DNA of 64,000 nucleotides, taken from Spirochaetia bacterium. Its GTDB lineage: Bacteria > Spirochaetota > Spirochaetia > UBA9216. The notes under the pieces are model-generated. The model was not told the origin of the DNA and searched no databases. It was given only the letters and a program-made list of their open reading frames with translations. Within the stretch, counting starts at the first letter, position 1. The number at the start of each line of letters is the position of its first letter. Position numbers and translations under genes: made by a program. The stretch covers positions 1,120,001 to 1,184,000 of the forward strand of contig OZ223269.1 in the NCBI GenBank assembly GCA_965140585.1, given 5' to 3'. Shown here piece after piece: positions 48,501 to 57,123 of this stretch.

Positions 48501-49912
48501 ATGCAAGGATCAGCGGCATTGAATATGTTTTTGATAAACTTGAAATTCCATTCTTTTACTTTGAAAAGGGAAGTATTACCGGTGATCTTAAAATTCTGGG
48601 ACCGTTTAACGATCCGGATTTTTTCGGACAGCTCGACTTGAATAACCTTGATTTCAGACCGCCCATTGTACAGGAGAAAACCAAAAACCTTTCCACATCT
48701 TTCTTTTTCAGCGGAAAATCAGTTACTCTCCCGTCCACCCGCATAATCACCGAAAACGGAATAGTAATGATGACTATTGACGGTGTTATGGAACGCTGGC
48801 TGCCGAGAAACTATGATTTTAATATGTCTGTTCCTGAAGGACGTGGAATATCTGCAATGTTTTATCGGGCGCCATTTTATGTTTCAGGTTTTGCAGAAGG
48901 CAATCTGCGCATATACGGCGACTTTCTCCGTATGAACGTCAGCGGTGATATCAAGGCAATAGATGCGACTATAATGTTCAGCAATAGTCTCGGGGACGGA
49001 AAGATGGGTATGCCGACCGAGCAGATTGGAGCCGATTTAAAAATCAGGGTAGGAGAAAACAACCAGCTGATGTGGCCCAGTCAGACGCTGCCGATCGTAA
49101 GAGCCTACATAAAACCCGAAGATGAGTTCAGTCTTAGATATGATTCAATTCCCAACGAGCTTATTCTTGACGGAGCTCTTGCACTTAAGGGCGGTGAAAT
49201 ATTCTATTTCGAAAGAAACTTCTATATCAAGGAAGGCTCGATCAGATTTACCAACGATATGGTCTATGCAATGGATCCGCTTCTAAGCGCAAGGGCGGAA
49301 ATAAGGGATGTAAACGCTGCAGGTGAACTTGTAAAGATTTATCTTATAGTGGACAAATCACCGCTAAGCTCTTTTGTGCCGCGTTTTGAATCAGACCCTG
49401 CGATGTCAACCAACGAAATAATCTCCCTGCTCGGTGGAAATATCCTTGATACTATCGGAGCTTCGGACGGTGATTTAGGCGAAACAGCAGCTTTTGTAAC
49501 AGATCTGGCAACCCAGTACGCGCTTAAGGGTATCGAAAACGAACTAAAGAAAACACTGGGTCTTGATCTGCTGTCAATCCGTACATCCTTTATCGGAAAC
49601 ATAATTGAAGACAAACTTCAGAGCAGTATTGTAAATCCTGATGACAATTTCGCCAAATATCTTGACAATACGACCTTATTCTTGGGAAAGTACTTCACAG
49701 ATGATATATTCTTACAGGGATTGTTTCAGTTTGATCTTTATAACGATTCGGGTTATTCTGACGGATTGAATCTTAACCTTGACAGTGAGATAAAACTGGA
49801 GTGGGAAGGACCGGTTGCAAATATCGAATTCAGCCTCTTTCCCGACTTTGTGGATCCTGCTGCAGGATTGAAAAAAACGAGTGTCGGATTATCCTGGCAT
49901 TTCTCTTATTAA
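45575..49912 (+). CDS. tamB: TamB / AsmA-like translocation and assembly protein (C-terminal DUF490)
   Basis: Over 1400 aa, beta-rich, directly upstream of bamA. C-terminal region has F.IKEGSI.F, DPLL, SDPAMS.NEI.SLLG and GKY. Start extended to an in-frame CTG (45575), which supplies the TM anchor; the first ATG is at 45656. Confidence 0.8.
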   Translation: MKPSAKRSKTIQILSIISVCAVLLPLVMFPVQRKFVTYLEDVKLRFINTLELRLNRNIAYESISPSIFRAFEIQGFKIFAEDNSDEVLLEIGRLRLDFSLLKLLQNNPLGAFRGLTIINSKLSFDTAEDAELLDLFKSADSSRERGMQTSGTFDLPDSFYLRGKNLNLNLKSPDYSGSFSKLYFTLKNSSSDDFALTARSEASLFFYETPLPTDDNSISVDTSLNASGRIDRNLNWVELVLKSRNLDSDLISAERLSVNFRFTAPGVYQLTKIGDKTPADINLKLDTETHSVRLELDADDFIFSEYFSPGRHTRQYTDFLGLSVTGNAALDYDYAERKLEYHGALAVDTYPDFIIPDSHIEASFSGNNMELNIADSRFENDTLAGGFNGRIGFTDGLPEINGNAAVENLIINNAEISTEISIVTDNIGKYTVNSDSLSAGNLKLRKLKLSILPYQDNFDFLLEAEPESDDGINESLYIEGVYQSGKDQYLQTVVSTDNLSIRPLMSLIPPGISLPVDLLDFRLSSELFFSGDLKQMAFAASEFLLTSRTAPENKIELQLSGNNRRISLTNLNIIWNQNIISGQVSAEIDSDKTIMLNTGLSLNDLKYDIGGVYSISSGALSLTGSHGFQLSLLELPLTGYTFQLKTRELPFYIGKDRPSGISADISGYYDSPENWKIFLNKTSISSLPLSGYTGNLLLSAVIGNDGGQLSSLKYSDSYSELNGSGFVRITDLNDGLSGSAYLQLADRRSDENYSLLFDMLKGEAGGTLDINNFKLERLSGFLPVEGDISGTAVISGSLASPELSLELTTGDAEFTGRPLDLNTSLQYKDLVFEAGLIDLTAGSVSLKQGRGLLDFSTGRHQLTGNLTAELAPLSLGTQISITGKSVPIENIGDIASIIKNDMNLQLNLEELLYNKLPRDDLYFTIVHSEGTSILTGGPENSVSGRYNDDGTFTINIADPVPLTFVAKGSMNRGNIDARISGIEYVFDKLEIPFFYFEKGSITGDLKILGPFNDPDFFGQLDLNNLDFRPPIVQEKTKNLSTSFFFSGKSVTLPSTRIITENGIVMMTIDGVMERWLPRNYDFNMSVPEGRGISAMFYRAPFYVSGFAEGNLRIYGDFLRMNVSGDIKAIDATIMFSNSLGDGKMGMPTEQIGADLKIRVGENNQLMWPSQTLPIVRAYIKPEDEFSLRYDSIPNELILDGALALKGGEIFYFERNFYIKEGSIRFTNDMVYAMDPLLSARAEIRDVNAAGELVKIYLIVDKSPLSSFVPRFESDPAMSTNEIISLLGGNILDTIGASDGDLGETAAFVTDLATQYALKGIENELKKTLGLDLLSIRTSFIGNIIEDKLQSSIVNPDDNFAKYLDNTTLFLGKYFTDDIFLQGLFQFDLYNDSGYSDGLNLNLDSEIKLEWEGPVANIEFSLFPDFVDPAAGLKKTSVGLSWHFSY

Positions 49913-49928
49913 TTTTCGAGGAGAAATT

Positions 49929-52589
49929 ATGCGAAAAATCATCATATCAGCTGTTCTTATACTCCTTACAGCTGCATTTGCTTTTGGACAGGAACTTGAA
50001 TGGTATGTTAATAAGCCCATCAAAGACGTTACTTTCAGCGGTCTGAATCATATAAACCCATCTGAACTTGAGGGAATCACCTCGCAGTTCAAAGGAAAAA
50101 CTTTTTCAGATACGCTTTTCTGGGATCTTCAGAGTAAGCTTTATGCCCTTAATTATTTTGAAACTTTTACCGCCAACGCTCTTCCGGGTAATGATGAACA
50201 AACTGAAGTCATAATCGAATTTACCGTTACAGAACGGCCGCTTGTTGATAAAATCATACTTTCCGGAAACAAGAGTGTAAATAAAAACGATATTATGGAT
50301 GTCATCCTGACAAAAAAAGATGACATACTCAACAAGGCCAGAATCAGAATGGATACCGAGGCAATAAAGAATCTTTATACAGATGAAGGCTATCCGGATG
50401 CTGAGATTGAAAACTCAATCAGTTCCGCCGACACCAACGGTCTTGTCGATATCACTTTTGCCATAGTGGAAGGTTCACAGACCAGAATTAAAAACATATC
50501 CTTCAGCGGTAATACCTTTGCTTCGGAAAACACCCTGAAAGGTCAGTTAAAGTCTAAACAGCAGTCATTTTTCACCACCGGTATCTACAAAGAAAGCCGT
50601 ATAGAGGAAGACAAGGCAGCTCTGCTTAAATACTACATGGACAGCGGCTATATCGATGCTAAAATTCTAGATGTAGCGGTTGAAGAGGCTGAAGATGACT
50701 CAGAAGAAAGAAATTATGTAAATATTACTTTTTACATTGAAGAAGGCGCACAGTGGAAATTCGGCGGCTTCAGCTTCAGCGGCAATACGCTTTTTACCGA
50801 TGAAGAACTGCTTAAGCAGGTGTCATCAAAACCCGGCTCAATACTCAACAGAACAAAGCTTGAAAGCGACTACATGCTCATCAGCGATAAGTATTACAAT
50901 GACGGTTATATCTACAATACAATCAGCCGCCAGGAAACACGTAATGAACAGACAAAGGAAATTTCCTATAAAGTCACTATTTCCGAGTTAAGCCGGGCGC
51001 ATATCGAAAATATTATCGTAAAAGGCAATGAAAAAACAAAAGAATACGTAATACTTCGTGAAATTCCGCTTGAAGTAGGCGACATCTTCAGTAAATCAGC
51101 TATCATGCAGGGACTGAACAACCTCTACAATACAAGATATTTCACTTCAGTTATTCCCGAAATGCCCTACGGCAGTGAATCAGGTCTGATGGATCTCGTA
51201 ATCAATGTTGAAGAAGACAACACAACCGACATTCAGTTCGGTATGACTTTCACATCCACTGAAAGCTCTCTTCCGATTATTGGTTTTCTAAAATGGACAG
51301 ATACCAACTTTCTAGGCGAAGGAAACGCCTTAAGCGTCGGTGTTGAACTTTCAACCGCAACTCAGGAAGTTACCTTCAGCTGGGATGACGGCTGGCTTTT
51401 TGACCAGAGAATATCTGCCGGTGTTGATTTTTCAATCAGTCATAACCTTTACAGCAGTGTTCCGCAGGATGTTATGTATCCGATCTTCGATATAGATGAT
51501 GACGATAATATTTTTGTTGTTCCTGATCCCTTTGACGGACACCTTGTCTGGGCCTCTGATGCCAGTGACAATTCGTATTCAGCCGGTGAAGCGCTTACAG
51601 ATGCCGAACTTACAGCACTGGAGGCCTCAGGCGAGCTCCAGACACTTATCGACGAGGGTGATGTTTTAACTGATTATGATTATGCAGTCTCACAGAGTGA
51701 AACTATCGGAAGTGAATACCTGATGTCCTATGAGTCCTTTGACTTCTCTCTTGGCGGAAACGCAGGATATTCCTGGCACACCCCATATGGAAGACTTGGA
51801 GTAGGCACAGGTGCAAGCACTACGCTTTCATATGCACAGTATGATTCATCCATTTATCGTCCTTATGACAAGACAATCAGAGATGCTCTTGATACCTGGC
51901 AGTTTGTGAACAAGCTTTGGACAACAGCAAGCTGGGATACCAGAGATCTTACATATTCACCTACAAAGGGATATCAGATTAAAGAGACTCTCACATATAC
52001 CGGCGGATTTCTCTTCGGAAGCAGGCATTATATAAAAACCAAAACCGATGTCGATGCTTATTTCAAACTTTTTGATATTTCACTTTCAGAGGAATTCAAC
52101 CTCAGCATGGTCATGGGACTGCATTCACAGTTTTCAATGATTCTCGATCAGTTCTATTATGACAGCAGTTCAGGTTCATGGACCACCGATACTGTGGCTA
52201 CCCGTTCTGATCTGCTTTATTTTGACGGTATGTTTATTGCAAGAGGCTGGGGATATAACTATGATAACAAGGTCCTATGGGATAATGTAATTGATTTTAC
52301 TACACCGGTAGCACCCGGTATGCTTTCGTGGGTAAACTTCTTCAGCAGTACTGCTGTATGGGATGAGGTTTCAGATCTGTCAGGTATTTCACTTGATGAT
52401 TTCTACTTCTCATTCGGTACAGGCCTGCAGGTTGATATACCGAGTTTTCCAATCTCCTTCTTCCTGGCCAAGAGATTTAATTTCGACAGCGAAGGCACTT
52501 TTCAGTGGCAGCAGGGCGATCTTTTTGCAGGAGACAGTGAAACCGGCGGTCTTGACTTTGTTGTAAGTTTCGATCTTGATTACTTTTAA
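49929..52589 (+). CDS. bamA: Outer membrane protein assembly factor BamA
   Basis: ATG after GAGGAG, signal peptide, POTRA repeats (GN..T...VILRE), NFLGEG, ARGW and a terminal Phe. Confidence 0.93.
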   Translation: MRKIIISAVLILLTAAFAFGQELEWYVNKPIKDVTFSGLNHINPSELEGITSQFKGKTFSDTLFWDLQSKLYALNYFETFTANALPGNDEQTEVIIEFTVTERPLVDKIILSGNKSVNKNDIMDVILTKKDDILNKARIRMDTEAIKNLYTDEGYPDAEIENSISSADTNGLVDITFAIVEGSQTRIKNISFSGNTFASENTLKGQLKSKQQSFFTTGIYKESRIEEDKAALLKYYMDSGYIDAKILDVAVEEAEDDSEERNYVNITFYIEEGAQWKFGGFSFSGNTLFTDEELLKQVSSKPGSILNRTKLESDYMLISDKYYNDGYIYNTISRQETRNEQTKEISYKVTISELSRAHIENIIVKGNEKTKEYVILREIPLEVGDIFSKSAIMQGLNNLYNTRYFTSVIPEMPYGSESGLMDLVINVEEDNTTDIQFGMTFTSTESSLPIIGFLKWTDTNFLGEGNALSVGVELSTATQEVTFSWDDGWLFDQRISAGVDFSISHNLYSSVPQDVMYPIFDIDDDDNIFVVPDPFDGHLVWASDASDNSYSAGEALTDAELTALEASGELQTLIDEGDVLTDYDYAVSQSETIGSEYLMSYESFDFSLGGNAGYSWHTPYGRLGVGTGASTTLSYAQYDSSIYRPYDKTIRDALDTWQFVNKLWTTASWDTRDLTYSPTKGYQIKETLTYTGGFLFGSRHYIKTKTDVDAYFKLFDISLSEEFNLSMVMGLHSQFSMILDQFYYDSSSGSWTTDTVATRSDLLYFDGMFIARGWGYNYDNKVLWDNVIDFTTPVAPGMLSWVNFFSSTAVWDEVSDLSGISLDDFYFSFGTGLQVDIPSFPISFFLAKRFNFDSEGTFQWQQGDLFAGDSETGGLDFVVSFDLDYF

Positions 52590-52611
52590 TTAGACTTTAA
52601 GGAGTAGAATT

Positions 52612-53148
52612 TTGAATAAGAAAATCTTTATTTTATTTTTAATTATTATCTCAATATCAGGCAGTCTCTATGCCGAACAGCTTTCCAAAATCGGGATTGT
52701 AAACTTCTCAAGGATTGTCGATGACTATTTTGCAGAATCTTCAGCCTGGCGTGAAATATCAGCAATTCAGGAGAAATACAACGACGGAATGGCTGATATT
52801 CTCGACGAAATCAATGATCTCAAGATGCAGAAGCTTGAAGCAGAAAATGCTGGTGACGACCAGAAGGTTCTGCAGATTGATGCACAGATTTATTCGAAGC
52901 AGGAATATGCCAAAGAATTTCATTCAGTTATGACAAACCGAATCAACGCAAAAAAACAGGGACTGGCACAGTCTTCTACCTTTACAGCTGAGATTCTCGA
53001 TGCAATCACCTATATTGCAGAATCTGAAGGTTATTCAATGATTATGAGAACCCAGGACCCCGATATTTTATGGTATAACCATGAAATTGACATTACTGAT
53101 CTGGTACTTGAAAGATTACAGTGGCAGGCGGCAAGGGAAAATAATTAA
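52612..53148 (+). CDS. skp: OmpH/Skp periplasmic chaperone
   Basis: Motifs KIGIVNF, AESEGYSMI and DITDLVL. Follows bamA. Confidence 0.88.
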   Translation: MNKKIFILFLIIISISGSLYAEQLSKIGIVNFSRIVDDYFAESSAWREISAIQEKYNDGMADILDEINDLKMQKLEAENAGDDQKVLQIDAQIYSKQEYAKEFHSVMTNRINAKKQGLAQSSTFTAEILDAITYIAESEGYSMIMRTQDPDILWYNHEIDITDLVLERLQWQAARENN

Positions 53149-53153
53149 GCTGC

Positions 53154-55742
53154 ATGTCGACTGACACGCCAATGATGCGCCAGTACAGGCGCATCAAAGC
53201 TGAACATACCGATTCAATCCTCTTTTTCCGCCTTGGCGATTTCTATGAGATGTTTCAGAGTGATGCAAAAGAAGCATCATCAATTCTGAATCTCACACTT
53301 ACCAAGCGGCATAATATACCTATGTGCGGGATCCCTTATCATGCCTCACACGGATATATCGCAAGGCTTCTGAAAGCCGGCAGAAAGATAGCAATCTGTG
53401 AGCAGGTAAAAATGCCGGAGGGCGGTAAAGGAATTGCCGAACGTGAAGTAGTTGAAATCATCACACCCGGTACAGTTACCGAGGAAGACTTCCTTGACAG
53501 CACAAGAAATAATTATCTCATGTCTGCCGGTATTTATAAAAAACATCTTTCGATTTCCTACATTGATTTATCAACAGGAGAGTTTTACGCTTCTTCTTAT
53601 CCAGCTGAATCAGCATATGAGATCCTTAAAAGGGAACTGCTCAGACTTGCCCCCGGGGAACTTCTCATACAGCAGTCCATAGCAGAAAGCAATTCAGATA
53701 TTTCGAGGCTTTTGAAAGACCGCAGCAGCCTTTTGGTCAATCATTTTCCCGACTGGTCTTTTGATCTTGAAAACTCATACAAGCTACTGACAAGACAGTT
53801 TAAAGTATCCTCACTCAAGGGTTTCGGTATTTCCGATTCAGATCCTTCGGTTTATTCATGCGGTGTAATTCTTGAATATCTGTCTGATACATCAAAAAGT
53901 CTTCTTCCTCATGTCAGAACCTTAAAACTTCTTAACGACAGTGATTTTCTTCTTCTTGATGAATCGAGTCTGCGGAATCTAGAAATAACCTCAAACCTGA
54001 CGGATGGCAGCAGGCGCTACTCCCTGATTGAGGTTGTTGATCATACAAGAACTGCAATGGGAGCCCGCAGGCTGAAAAACTGGATAGTGCACCCACTGGT
54101 TAAAACCGATGAGATCAACAGCCGCCTTGAACGGGTTAACTCGCTATACCATGATCAGATCCTGCTGTCTGCAATTACAGCTGAACTTTCATCAATACTT
54201 GATATTGAAAGGCTCAGTTCCAGGATAGCCATGGAGAAAGCCCACGCCAGGGATCTTCTTTCTGTCAGAAACTCACTCAGAGCAGTCCAGAGACTTAATG
54301 AACTTCTTATGGAGTGGGATTATGAGGATGCAAAGCTGCCGGATGAAGCATTATCGGACAGCCTCAAAATGCTGGATTTACTTGAGAAAACCATCGATGA
54401 AGACCCGTCAATACTGCTCACCGAGGGGCGGCTTATAAAAAAAGGCTGGGACAGTGAACTTGACAGGCTGAAACAGCTTAAAGAGCACAGCCGGGATATT
54501 CTTAAAGAATACCTTGAAAAGGAAAAGCAGGATTCCGGTATCAATAATCTTAAAATTAAATACAACAAGATTATCGGATATTTTATTGAGGTGACTAAAT
54601 CAAACCTCGACGCTGTACCCGGACACTTTATAAGACGGCAGTCCCTTGTAGGTGCTGAACGTTTTACTACAGAAAAACTTGCAGATCTTGAAAACGATCT
54701 TAATTCCGCCTCTGAAAAAGCGGTTGAACTTGAAAAAGAAATTTTCATAAAGATCAGATCTGAAATCAGAAAGGATATCGAAACATTATTAATGCTTTCA
54801 GCCTACATAGCTGAAATAGACTGTGTGGCATCTTTTGCAACCGCAGCTACCAAATTCGGATGGATAAAACCTGTTGTTAACGAAGGCTCAAAGATGGATA
54901 TCCGAAACGGCCGACATCCTGTAGTTGAAGCAAACCTTCCGTCTGGTGAGTTTATTCCCAATTCACTTGAGCTGGATAACGGCAGTAATTATTTCGCACT
55001 TATCACCGGACCTAATATGGCTGGTAAATCCACCTTTTTAAGACAGAATGCACTGATAACTCTGCTGGCACAGTCCGGCTCATTTGTCCCTGCGGATTCG
55101 GCCGAGATCGGAACTGTGGACAAGATATTCTGCCGTGTCGGAGCTTCCGACAATCTTGCAAGAGGGGAATCAACCTTCCTTGTTGAAATGAACGAAACGG
55201 CAAACATCCTTAACTCGGCAAGCTCCAGAAGTCTCATAATTATGGATGAAGTAGGGCGCGGAACAGGAACTAATGACGGCCTGTCAATTGCCTGGGCGGT
55301 ATCTGAATATCTGCTTAATAAACTTTCAGCAAAAACACTTTTTGCCACCCACTACCATGAACTTACGCTTCTTGAACATCAGGGACTTATAAATCTTTCG
55401 CTTGAAGTAATAGAGAAGGATGAGAATATCATCTTTCTTAAAAGAATTAAGGAAGGACCGGCAGATGCTTCCTACGGCATCCATGTGGCGAGACTTGCAG
55501 GTATTCCCGATTCAGTAATTTCCCGAGCCAGGGAGATACAGGCGGAACTGGAATCCAAGGCAGAACTTGAGCAGAAGGTAATTAAAAACAAGTCCGGAAC
55601 TGTGAATAAACCGGATCTTCAGCTTTTCAGTGAATTTGAAATGATTGAAAATGAAATAAAATCATTGGATTTGAACAAAATAACCCCTCTTAATGCATTA
55701 AATAAAATTGCGGCCTGGAAGGAAAAGCTGGCGGGCAGCTGA
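53154..55742 (+). CDS. mutS: DNA mismatch repair protein MutS
   Basis: Motifs TPMMRQY, FRLGDFYEMF, GPNMAGKST, STFLVEM, DEVGRGT, FATHYHEL and SYGIHVA. Confidence 0.97.
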   Translation: MSTDTPMMRQYRRIKAEHTDSILFFRLGDFYEMFQSDAKEASSILNLTLTKRHNIPMCGIPYHASHGYIARLLKAGRKIAICEQVKMPEGGKGIAEREVVEIITPGTVTEEDFLDSTRNNYLMSAGIYKKHLSISYIDLSTGEFYASSYPAESAYEILKRELLRLAPGELLIQQSIAESNSDISRLLKDRSSLLVNHFPDWSFDLENSYKLLTRQFKVSSLKGFGISDSDPSVYSCGVILEYLSDTSKSLLPHVRTLKLLNDSDFLLLDESSLRNLEITSNLTDGSRRYSLIEVVDHTRTAMGARRLKNWIVHPLVKTDEINSRLERVNSLYHDQILLSAITAELSSILDIERLSSRIAMEKAHARDLLSVRNSLRAVQRLNELLMEWDYEDAKLPDEALSDSLKMLDLLEKTIDEDPSILLTEGRLIKKGWDSELDRLKQLKEHSRDILKEYLEKEKQDSGINNLKIKYNKIIGYFIEVTKSNLDAVPGHFIRRQSLVGAERFTTEKLADLENDLNSASEKAVELEKEIFIKIRSEIRKDIETLLMLSAYIAEIDCVASFATAATKFGWIKPVVNEGSKMDIRNGRHPVVEANLPSGEFIPNSLELDNGSNYFALITGPNMAGKSTFLRQNALITLLAQSGSFVPADSAEIGTVDKIFCRVGASDNLARGESTFLVEMNETANILNSASSRSLIIMDEVGRGTGTNDGLSIAWAVSEYLLNKLSAKTLFATHYHELTLLEHQGLINLSLEVIEKDENIIFLKRIKEGPADASYGIHVARLAGIPDSVISRAREIQAELESKAELEQKVIKNKSGTVNKPDLQLFSEFEMIENEIKSLDLNKITPLNALNKIAAWKEKLAGS

Positions 55743-55776
55743 ATCAGCAGGTTTATTATCCCCTTTTCATTATTGC

Positions 55777-56523
55777 ATGAGCCTTCCCGACATTAAGAAA
55801 ATTATCCGCATCTTTTCTGATCTTATTCTCCCGGACTACTGTATCGGCTGTTCGGATAATCTGTTCACATGCAGAAATCTTTCAGTACCTCAGATTCCTA
55901 TATGTTCAGCATGTTTCAGAAAATACCTAAATGAAACCGGTGTATTTGACGGACTATTCGAAGGCAGATGCAGTCAATGCGGATATCCGCTGACCTCGGA
56001 GGAAGAATTATGCCTGAGATGCCGTGAAAATACCTGGCATTTCTCATCATCTGAAAGCCTAAGCACATACAGGGATTTTTCCAAAAAAATCCTGCGTGAA
56101 TATAAATTCAGTAAAGTTAAAAGTCTATCCTCATTATACTCCTATATGATAAATCAATATTACAGCGGAAAACTGGAAGGCTATACTGTTGTTCCTGTTC
56201 CATTCAGACCGTCTTCAGTAAGAAAAAGGGGCTGGGATCAGGTAAAAACAGTTACAGATATTCTTCGTACCAGATACAAACTGCCGGTTTGTGAATGTCT
56301 GTCCAGGGATGACGGTGCAGCCCAGAAAACACTTGATTATAAACACCGGAAAAAGAATCTGCATGGCAAAATCAGTTGCTTACAATCTATCAATCCTCCC
56401 CGAAAAGCACTCCTTATTGATGATGTTTTTACAACCGGAGCAACCCTTGACTGCTGCGCTGAAGTCCTTGGCAAACAGGGCTGCAATGAAATCCGCTGCC
56501 TTACATTTGTTATCGATATATAG
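55777..56523 (+). CDS. comF: ComF family protein (double zinc ribbon + phosphoribosyltransferase)
   Basis: CxxC pairs plus VPVP, RGWDQ and LLIDDVFTTGATL. Start set to ATG 55777. Confidence 0.88.
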   Translation: MSLPDIKKIIRIFSDLILPDYCIGCSDNLFTCRNLSVPQIPICSACFRKYLNETGVFDGLFEGRCSQCGYPLTSEEELCLRCRENTWHFSSSESLSTYRDFSKKILREYKFSKVKSLSSLYSYMINQYYSGKLEGYTVVPVPFRPSSVRKRGWDQVKTVTDILRTRYKLPVCECLSRDDGAAQKTLDYKHRKKNLHGKISCLQSINPPRKALLIDDVFTTGATLDCCAEVLGKQGCNEIRCLTFVIDI

Positions 56524-56552
56524 GATTCGTCGCTTACCGAAAGCTGCCTTTA

Positions 56553-56581
56553 TTGACATAAATATCTCAATAAGATATTAT
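56553..56581 (+). promoter_or_regulatory. sigma70 promoter of the rimP-nusA-infB operon
   Basis: TTGACA-17-TATTAT. Confidence 0.75.
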
Positions 56582-56608
56582 GACTTGACAACTGAAGAAA
56601 GCTGCTTT

Positions 56609-56636
56609 AAGAAGTCTATCAACGACTTCTTTTTTT
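56609..56636 (+). terminator. Intrinsic terminator/attenuator in the rimP leader
   Basis: AAGAAGTC-tatcaac-GACTTCTT followed by a T run, located between the promoter and the rimP start. Confidence 0.7.
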
Positions 56637-56662
56637 ATGCTATTCAGTTTTTTACAGGTGGA

Positions 56663-57106
56663 ATGTTGAAATATAACAGCTACGAAGAAAATGAATTATT
56701 TTCAGTAATCAAACCCGTTTGTGATGGTTATGACGCGTCTATCGTCAGGCTCAGTTCCGCGGTCATCAATAAAACCCTACAGATAAATCTTGTACTTTAC
56801 CAGAAGGGCGGGATTGGAATTGACCAGTGCGGCACTATCTCCAGGGCTGTAATGCCCCGAATTGAAGTATGGGCTGAAAACAGGGATGTATCTCTTGAGA
56901 TATCGTCTCCCGGAATCGGCCGTATTCTAAAGGATGCTTACGAGTTTCAAGTATTCGCCGGTGAAAAAATACAGCTTCTGATAGACAGTCAGTGGCTCAC
57001 CGGAGATATCGTTGAGGCAGGTACAGAATCAGTCGATATAAAAACGGAAAACGGTGAAACCGTAAAATATATGTTTGATTCTATACAGAAAGCCAAACTT
57101 TATTAA
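56663..57106 (+). CDS. rimP: Ribosome maturation factor RimP
   Basis: Motifs GIGIDQC, LEISSPGIGR.L and KAKL. First gene of the nusA operon. ATG follows AGGTGG. Confidence 0.9.
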   Translation: MLKYNSYEENELFSVIKPVCDGYDASIVRLSSAVINKTLQINLVLYQKGGIGIDQCGTISRAVMPRIEVWAENRDVSLEISSPGIGRILKDAYEFQVFAGEKIQLLIDSQWLTGDIVEAGTESVDIKTENGETVKYMFDSIQKAKLY

Positions 57107-57123
57107 ATAAACGGAGGAACAAT

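Noticed and set aside
56291-56662. N-terminal extension of rimP in the ORF track
   Set aside because: It overlaps comF, the promoter and the leader terminator. RimP similarity starts at ATG 56663.
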